Part shown: positions 26,868 through 32,358 of the stretch, one piece after another
Layout of the letters: every line of letters starts with the position of its first letter
How positions within the stretch are numbered: position 1 is the first letter of the stretch
Origin: Advenella kashmirensis
Lineage (GTDB): Bacteria > Pseudomonadota > Gammaproteobacteria > Burkholderiales > Burkholderiaceae_B
Assembly (NCBI GenBank): GCA_040393685.1
Contig: JBEBTQ010000001.1
Span: 1-32,358 of the forward strand
DNA: 32,358 bases
Reading direction: 5' to 3'
Notes under the pieces: model-generated
What the model saw: the letters and a program-made list of their open reading frames with translations, nothing else
Told to the model about the DNA's origin: nothing
Database searches by the model: none
Made by a program: the position numbers and the translations under genes

Positions 26868-26992
26868 ATTGTTCCTTTTTTGTTTCTTCGGTCGCGTCGC
26901 CAGATCACAAAGACATTCGCCGCAACGCCAATACAAACGGTTGCCGAGCCGTAGATTAGGCCGGCAATCAGATACTCGATATAGGTGATCAA
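26861..26992 (-). CDS. Possible small single-TM protein, 43 aa (not in track)
   Basis: TTG-start ORF MITYIEYLIAGLIYGSATVCIGVAANVFVIWRRDRRNKKGTIC* exactly fills the gap between its neighbours. Confidence 0.45.
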   Translation of the reverse strand: MITYIEYLIAGLIYGSATVCIGVAANVFVIWRRDRRNKKGTIC

Positions 26993-26993
26993 T

Positions 26994-27428
26994 TTAGGTT
27001 TCCGCAGGCATGTAGCTGCTGATCTGGACCGTGCGCATGTTGCTCTCGGCCAAACCGGCGGGAATGAGGGATACGAGCCGTCGCAGGGTGGGCATTAAGC
27101 GCTTGCACGCGTTAAATACGCTTTCAGTGATCGGCATGTGATAGTTCAGTTGATTTTTAAGGTGGGTGAGGGGGGATAGGTCTACCTTGATCTCAGAGTT
27201 CTGAACACAAAGTTCGAGCCAGTGAATCAGGCCATTCAGCGCCGGTACCACTTCATAAACCTCTTCGCCATCGTCAAATACCGCTTTGCCGTCGGGGGTA
27301 GCTTCAATGGTGCCGTCGATCTCCATGCGCTGCACGATGGCTTCAAGCGGGTACGGGATACGGTAGCCCGCGACAAACATATTCCCCCGCACCGGTTTGG
27401 GGCGGTACTTCTTATTGCGCTTCTTCAT
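26994..27428 (-). CDS. Phage hypothetical protein with a basic N-terminus
   Basis: Starts MKKRNKKYRPK and follows ssb. Confidence 0.75.
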   Translation of the reverse strand: MKKRNKKYRPKPVRGNMFVAGYRIPYPLEAIVQRMEIDGTIEATPDGKAVFDDGEEVYEVVPALNGLIHWLELCVQNSEIKVDLSPLTHLKNQLNYHMPITESVFNACKRLMPTLRRLVSLIPAGLAESNMRTVQISSYMPAET

Positions 27429-27436
27429 GGTGGCCC

Positions 27437-27985
27437 CTAGAATGGAATGTCGTCATCCATGTCCATAATGTTCGCGGCTGGTTGGCGCTGCCGCTGTTGC
27501 TGAGTGTTCTGCTGTGGAGGGCGTCGTTGTTGCTGGCCGGATCCGCCGTAGTTGCCACGCTGCGACTGTTGTTGTGGCTGGCGCTGCTGATGGTCGTTCG
27601 AGTTGTTGGAAAAGCCGCCGTCGTCATATCCGTCGTTTCCTCCAGAATCCCGGTTGCCCAGCATCTGCATTTGATCGGCGACAATCTCCGTGGAATACCG
27701 GTCAGCACCAGTGTCCTTGTCCTGCCATTTGCGCGTCTTTAGTCTGCCTTCGACGTATACTGAGCGGCCCTTCGAGAGGTATTCGCCAGCGATCTCAGCC
27801 AAGCGGTTATAGAACACGACTCGGTGCCATTCTGTGTCTTCGCGGCGTTCGCCGGTGTTCTTGTCTTTCCAATTGGATGTGGTTGCAATGGAAACGTTGC
27901 AGATTGCTGCGCCGTCCGGAGAATAACGAACCTCCGGATCACGTCCCAGATTTCCCACCAAAATTACTTTATTTACTGATGCCAT
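27437..27985 (-). CDS. ssb: Single-stranded DNA-binding protein (phage copy)
   Basis: Motifs [15 protein letters not shown] and TEWHRVVF, with acidic tail DDDIPF. Confidence 0.96.
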   Translation of the reverse strand: MASVNKVILVGNLGRDPEVRYSPDGAAICNVSIATTSNWKDKNTGERREDTEWHRVVFYNRLAEIAGEYLSKGRSVYVEGRLKTRKWQDKDTGADRYSTEIVADQMQMLGNRDSGGNDGYDDGGFSNNSNDHQQRQPQQQSQRGNYGGSGQQQRRPPQQNTQQQRQRQPAANIMDMDDDIPF

Positions 27986-27987
27986 GG

Positions 27988-28254
27988 TTAATCCTTATAT
28001 TGCTGCTGCCACCATTCTTCCCAAGTGAGCGGCGAGATATTGATGCGGGTGTCTTTGGAGATAATGACGCCGGTGTCAAGCAACCAATGCTTGCCGGTCC
28101 AGATGGATTTGACAATCACGTGGGCGCGCTCATCATCAAATAAGCGGATCGTGTCGCCCGGGCGATAGTTCCATGCCCGAGGCGGTATTTTGTGGATAAA
28201 GTACCGGCGATATTGGACCTGCGGCGTTTCAGGTTCGATCACGTTTAAGTCCAT
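27988..28254 (-). CDS. Phage hypothetical protein
   Basis: ORF filling the rdgC-ssb gap, with ATG 28254 behind GGAGG..AAGGA. Confidence 0.6.
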   Translation of the reverse strand: MDLNVIEPETPQVQYRRYFIHKIPPRAWNYRPGDTIRLFDDERAHVIVKSIWTGKHWLLDTGVIISKDTRINISPLTWEEWWQQQYKD

Positions 28255-29143
28255 TCCTTTCACCTCCCAACGCTTCGACAACGGCAGCCAGCAGACCGGC
28301 CAGCTCTGCCGTCATCAGTGTCATATCTGCGTCGAAACGCTCTTCTTCGTCCATGCTGGATAAGTCCTGATTCTCCTTGAGGATATCGAGCGGGTGGATT
28401 TTCTTGATAAAGAGGGCGTCGGTTAAGACGAATGAAACGCGGTCAGACCATGTGAGCGCCAGTTTTGTGCACTGTTTGCCCGATTGGATATGCTTTTGCA
28501 CGTCCGAGACTTCAGGGCTTTGACGAACATAGCGGATCATGGCTTTGTTTTCGGACGCTGACTGCAGTTCGGTGTCCTGGTCGATGGTGAACATCGCGGG
28601 CGCTTCATCAGCGAGTAGCCATTCTGTCATTGCTGCCGCCGGAGACTGGACCGTATACAGGCTTTTCAGGGGCAGGGGGTCAATGACTTTTGCCAGTGCG
28701 CCGATGGCTTCATCTGACTTCGTTCCGGATCCTGACTCAATGACCAGCCAGCCATTTTTCGGGTCGATCCAGATACGCGTATCGCGAAAGACGCTGAATG
28801 CCTGAGGTAGCAGGACTTCCGTGACTTGTTCCTTGATTTCGCGGTTTTGCTTGCGCCCGGGCTTGTATCCCTGCTGTTCCTCGATTTCGGCGGCCTTCTC
28901 CCGGACGGCCTGATTGATGACCGTGGGCGGCAGCAGTTTCTTTTCCACTCGTAGAGACAGCAGATACTGGCCGTTTACCGCATGGGCCAATTCTCCGTTT
29001 TCCCGGACCGGAACCCAGCCCATTGATGAAATGTCAGATTTATGGCCCGGAGCAAACCGGCCGCGCTCCAGTGCCTGGCACAAGGCTTCATGAGTGAAAT
29101 TCCAGTCAATCAGCCGGTATACAGATAGATTCTTAAACCACAT
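28229..29143 (-). CDS. rdgC: Recombination-associated protein RdgC
   Basis: Motifs MWFKNLSVYRL, EKKLLP, LLPQAF, GKQCTKLALTW and FDADMTLM. Confidence 0.95.
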   Translation of the reverse strand: MWFKNLSVYRLIDWNFTHEALCQALERGRFAPGHKSDISSMGWVPVRENGELAHAVNGQYLLSLRVEKKLLPPTVINQAVREKAAEIEEQQGYKPGRKQNREIKEQVTEVLLPQAFSVFRDTRIWIDPKNGWLVIESGSGTKSDEAIGALAKVIDPLPLKSLYTVQSPAAAMTEWLLADEAPAMFTIDQDTELQSASENKAMIRYVRQSPEVSDVQKHIQSGKQCTKLALTWSDRVSFVLTDALFIKKIHPLDILKENQDLSSMDEEERFDADMTLMTAELAGLLAAVVEALGGERNGLKRDRT

Positions 29144-29153
29144 GGGATTTTCC

Positions 29154-29330
29154 TTAAATGTCTTCCGTTTCGATCAGGAAGTGGTGAGGACCGACCGCTT
29201 GGTGCAGCTTGTCAAGCGAATGAAAACGGACCGCGTATTTGCGATCCGTTGTCAATTGCAGAGGGTTGGCACCAAGCCAGTACAGCTTTCGTCTGGTCTC
29301 GCTGTACATGTAGGCGAGATAGTGCTTCAT
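29154..29330 (-). CDS. Small phage protein, 58 aa (not in track)
   Basis: MKHYLAYMYSETRRKLYWLGANPLQLTTDRKYAVRFHSLDKLHQAVGPHHFLIETEDI*, with an ATGA overlap with the exonuclease. Confidence 0.6.
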   Translation of the reverse strand: MKHYLAYMYSETRRKLYWLGANPLQLTTDRKYAVRFHSLDKLHQAVGPHHFLIETEDI

Positions 29331-30112
29331 GCTGCTTTCCTCTGCGCTCTTTTTCTTAATGTGGCCTCGTATTCATCGACAAGGTTTTTGAATTCTACGA
29401 GTTCAATTTCCATCTTCTCGATGTAATTTTGATCTCGTTTGAATACGCGCCACCATAACTGACTGCCTATTTTCTGAAGGGCGGGGCAGTAGAGACAGAT
29501 ATGCCAGTATTCCCGATCCGTGATCCACATACATCCTTGAGCTTGATCCATGACCGTGCTGGCATCGTCATCGATATAGAATGAGCGCAGCTTGTCAGGA
29601 TCGATGAAGCATTTATATTCACTACCGCCATCTTTACCGATCAGACCGTCCGCACTGGCACCAAAAACTCCATCTTCGGTTTTGACAAAGCCAGCACGTT
29701 CTACAATGAGACCCGACTGTCGTTCGTGCTCCATTCTGGCTATCGGCTCCAGCTCATGACCCCGTTTCATAGCCCAGTTCTGAAAACCTTCGTCCAGCGG
29801 TTCGCCACTGATTCTTTCAATGGCCAGTCTGAAAGCGTAGTTTTTGGCAGTTTCTGAGAACTCGCCCACAGCTTCTCCGGCAATAGCCTTTTCTATAGAC
29901 GCCGCGCGCGGAGCCGTTTTATACCCTGCAATTTCGCGCGCATGGGCTTCGGTTCGGCCAGCTTGGATCGCTTCAACGTACTTTGCCTGTTGCTCTGTCA
30001 GACCGTTAACTCGGGAGCGGGCCACTGTGAACATGCTGGCGGTAATGCAACCAGCTCTGAGAACGTGCCAATCCTCGCTGCCTTGATCGCATTCATATAC
30101 AAGATAACTCAT
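29327..30112 (-). CDS. YqaJ / lambda-exonuclease family nuclease
   Basis: Motifs QGSEDWHVLRAGCITAS, RGHELEP.AR, GASADGL, EYKC and QAQGCMW. Confidence 0.9.
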   Translation of the reverse strand: MSYLVYECDQGSEDWHVLRAGCITASMFTVARSRVNGLTEQQAKYVEAIQAGRTEAHAREIAGYKTAPRAASIEKAIAGEAVGEFSETAKNYAFRLAIERISGEPLDEGFQNWAMKRGHELEPIARMEHERQSGLIVERAGFVKTEDGVFGASADGLIGKDGGSEYKCFIDPDKLRSFYIDDDASTVMDQAQGCMWITDREYWHICLYCPALQKIGSQLWWRVFKRDQNYIEKMEIELVEFKNLVDEYEATLRKRAQRKAA

Positions 30113-30114
30113 AC

Positions 30115-30879
30115 TTATTCCTTAGTAGGCGTGTTTTCGGTTTTTTTGAGGTCCTCGCCGCGTGCTGAGACTGCTTCTTTGAACTTTTCATAAACCGACA
30201 TGTCATTCGTTTTCTGGATTTCCGCTAAACCTTCTTTCCAAATCTCTCCCAGATCAGCCGCTGTCACGCAAGCTTTCGCTCTGGCTATCCAAGCGTCGGC
30301 GAGCGGGGTGTTATCTACAACGCCATCCTTATCGTCACCTTTTTCGGAAACGCCGGTGATTGCCTTTAAAGTGTGGCGCTCTAAGTATGTGACTGTAGAG
30401 GCGATGGCTTGGATGCTGTTTTTGTTGCCGCTGTTATCTGGAGCGGCTTGTAGTGAAACAGAATCCGAATGGCCCGCGCGGTGCTTCAGAATGCAGGTCA
30501 CTTTGATCTGACCGTCTATTTGCTCCATAGTCCAACTCCACGCAAACCCGTGTTTGGATAATGGCGGTCCGACGACCTCGACCACATCTGACAATTCCGC
30601 ATGCTTGTAGTACGTGCGACCCTTTTGGCTAGTAAAGTCGACCTCACGCCGCTTTATGATCTCGACAGCTTCTGCCTTGAAAGCGGACATTGCGTCATTA
30701 AATGCCTTTTCAGCCTCCCGACGCTCCCAGCGCTCCTGTAGGTCCATCATCTTTTCGATTTGCGACAAGTCAGCGCCCTGGCTAAGCGCGGCCAGCATCA
30801 TTCCCATGGGGGAATTTGCAGGCACTTGGTCCTGCGAGACAATCGTCGTCCGTGGTGCATCAATGATTTCAGTAGTCAT
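30115..30879 (-). CDS. ERF-family ssDNA annealing protein
   Basis: Motifs YKHAELSDV, PLSKHG, GHS and IQAIASTVTYLERHTL.AITGV...DDKDG. Start MTTEII behind GAGG. Confidence 0.88.
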   Translation of the reverse strand: MTTEIIDAPRTTIVSQDQVPANSPMGMMLAALSQGADLSQIEKMMDLQERWERREAEKAFNDAMSAFKAEAVEIIKRREVDFTSQKGRTYYKHAELSDVVEVVGPPLSKHGFAWSWTMEQIDGQIKVTCILKHRAGHSDSVSLQAAPDNSGNKNSIQAIASTVTYLERHTLKAITGVSEKGDDKDGVVDNTPLADAWIARAKACVTAADLGEIWKEGLAEIQKTNDMSVYEKFKEAVSARGEDLKKTENTPTKE

Positions 30880-30886
30880 AGCGTCC

Positions 30887-31975
30887 TCAGTATGAAATTG
30901 AAACGTTCGGAACCTTGCCGGCGGCAATAAGCTTGACCACCTTGACGGCCTGTTCCTCGGTAAATCCAAACTCCATAATCGCTTCTTTGGCGGCACGAAG
31001 AATGGACTGTCTATGAATGCGGTCGGCTTCCCGGCGTTTCGCTTCCGCTTCCTCCCGGGCTTTTTCATCAGCCTGACGTTTCGCTTCTGCCAGTCGGGCG
31101 CGTTCTGCTGCCTCTTTTGCCCGTTGCTCGGCGGCCAGTTTTTCAGCTTCGGCGCGAGCCTCGGCCTGTTTCTGGCGCTCAATGGCTTCCAGCTTTTCAC
31201 GCTCAGCGCGTTCAGCGGCGGCTTTTGCATCGGCTTCACGCTTTGCGGCCGCATCACGTTCGGCCTGGGCTTTTGCCTCAGCCTCACGTCTGGCGCGTTC
31301 CTCGGCTTCCCTGGCAATGCGTTCCTCCCGATCTTTCTGTTCACGGGCGGCGGCCTCGGCGCGCAGTTTGGCAAGTTCGGCCTGTTCTGCTTCGTATCGC
31401 TGGCGTTTGGCTAGGGCGTCGCGCAGCATTTCCAGACTTTCCGATTTAACGCGATGCGCTTCGACTTCATATTCGCCCAGCCAGTCACCGTCGATTTCAA
31501 CTTTCTCGATGCAATCTATATTTATCTGAAGAATTTCAGCGGTAGATTCTTCGTATACAGCCGTACGATCAAGTCGAAGCCCTTCAATCCAGAGCTCGCG
31601 TTCCTGCTTTCGTTTTTCCTCGGCTTCTTCCCACTCAGTCAGTGGTCGCCGTACCTCGGCCTGCCATTGTTCCAGCTTCTCACGCGTGCGCTTGCGCTCC
31701 GCATCCACCTTTTTCGGAATTTCTTTCAATTCAGCAGATACGGTCTTGCCCAGCGCCTCAATTGCCGTCTTGATCTTGGCAACCTTGAATGCCATGCTGG
31801 CGATAGCGGCACGACCCTTTGCAGTGGAGATATCCGGCTCAAAGGCATCAATCTCGGCCTTGATGCATGCCAGATAAGGATCCAGCCCGCCGGCAGTGCT
31901 GTATACCGTCAGTGCGGTTTCTTTCGTTGGCAGAGCAACAAGCTCAGCGCTTTCTTTTTCGATGACTTCTGACAT
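30887..31975 (-). CDS. Phage coiled-coil protein
   Basis: N-domain PDISTAKGRAAIASMAFKVAK, a long E/R/A-rich coil, and C-terminus IAAGKVPNVSISY. Confidence 0.85.
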   Translation of the reverse strand: MSEVIEKESAELVALPTKETALTVYSTAGGLDPYLACIKAEIDAFEPDISTAKGRAAIASMAFKVAKIKTAIEALGKTVSAELKEIPKKVDAERKRTREKLEQWQAEVRRPLTEWEEAEEKRKQERELWIEGLRLDRTAVYEESTAEILQINIDCIEKVEIDGDWLGEYEVEAHRVKSESLEMLRDALAKRQRYEAEQAELAKLRAEAAAREQKDREERIAREAEERARREAEAKAQAERDAAAKREADAKAAAERAEREKLEAIERQKQAEARAEAEKLAAEQRAKEAAERARLAEAKRQADEKAREEAEAKRREADRIHRQSILRAAKEAIMEFGFTEEQAVKVVKLIAAGKVPNVSISY

Positions 31976-31977
31976 GG

Positions 31978-32202
31978 TTAGATTCCCGGTGAATTCAGTA
32001 AGAGGGCGATGCAGCCGACCGCGAAGGCGACAATAAACAGCTTTGCGGAGCGGGGCATCGGTGGATCGACGATTGATTTCCAGTCGCCTGTCAATGGGTT
32101 GTAGCGGTGGCCGGCCAGATAGGCCAGATGCGGCAGTTTTGTATATTTGTTGTGGCGGAACTCACGCGGCGCCACAACGTTTGGGCCTTGAAAGTAGGTC
32201 AT
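31978..32202 (-). CDS. Small phage protein with a C-terminal TM
   Basis: 74 aa, hydrophobic tail, ATGA overlap. Confidence 0.65.
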   Translation of the reverse strand: MTYFQGPNVVAPREFRHNKYTKLPHLAYLAGHRYNPLTGDWKSIVDPPMPRSAKLFIVAFAVGCIALLLNSPGI

Positions 32203-32358
32203 TGTTGTTCTGCCTCAATCTCATATGTCACTCGTTCGAATTCGTGGTCTATGTCGTTAATATCGCACCACCACTCGGCGTCCTCTCGGCTCGGAAACTC
32301 TTTCTCAATGAAGTGAACCTCATTACCGAAACCAACGTTGTTCGTTACCTTGATCCTG
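32199..32358 (-). CDS. Small acidic phage protein (5' end outside the window)
   Basis: ...RIKVTNNVGFGNEVHFIEKEFPSREDAEWWCDINDIDHEFERVTYEIEAEQQ*, paralog of 23604-23775. Confidence 0.75.
   Translation of the reverse strand, partial: RIKVTNNVGFGNEVHFIEKEFPSREDAEWWCDINDIDHEFERVTYEIEAEQQ

Larger units (their letters stand above)
20752..32358 (-). mobile_element. Prophage early/recombination arm, continuing beyond the window
   Basis: att core, xis-like gene, co-directional ATGA-coupled small genes, methyltransferases, ssb, rdgC, YqaJ and ERF. Confidence 0.92.

Noticed and set aside
30880-31374. 419-aa extended ERF ORF and the plus-strand ORFs at 31013-31972
   Set aside because: These are shadow frames of the repetitive coiled-coil gene. 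ERF has its own RBS and ATG at 30879.
30887-31975. TolA annotation for the E/A/R-rich protein
   Set aside because: There is no N-terminal membrane anchor. The similarity is compositional and the context is phage recombination.

Overview
The window has three parts. (1) Positions 1-19.5 kb are ordinary betaproteobacterial chromosome, probably Alcaligenaceae (inferred from the classical porin, two Bug/TctC receptors and a SoxB-like gene). Genes there: porin, a signal-peptide-bearing argininosuccinate-lyase-family protein, cysK, mgtC, DMT and MFS transporters, XRE and LysR regulators, a CoA-transferase/HMG-CoA-lyase/Bug catabolic cluster, alkB, GST, a degenerate Tat-exported SoxB paralog and an NADP oxidoreductase. 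(2) Positions ~19.55-20.77 kb look like the ~1.2 kb scar of a decayed integrative element. It holds a truncated orphan HicB and a hidden Ibs/Sib-like type I toxin-antitoxin locus that is absent from the ORF track: the 19-aa toxin carries a 1-nt insertion, while the antisense promoter and terminator are intact. It also holds an RHH-like gene, a structured 3' element, a 24-codon integrase N-terminal stub, arm-type repeats, an IHF site and an att core matching a tRNA-Thr-like 3' end. (3) From ~20.77 kb to the end is the leftward-transcribed early arm of a prophage: xis-like HTH, an oppositely oriented AT-rich membrane moron, many small genes, adenine and cytosine methyltransferases, ssb, rdgC, YqaJ exonuclease, ERF and a coiled-coil protein. 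A small acidic gene is present twice, one copy frameshifted. All calls come from reading motifs by eye; no database searches or folding programs were run.
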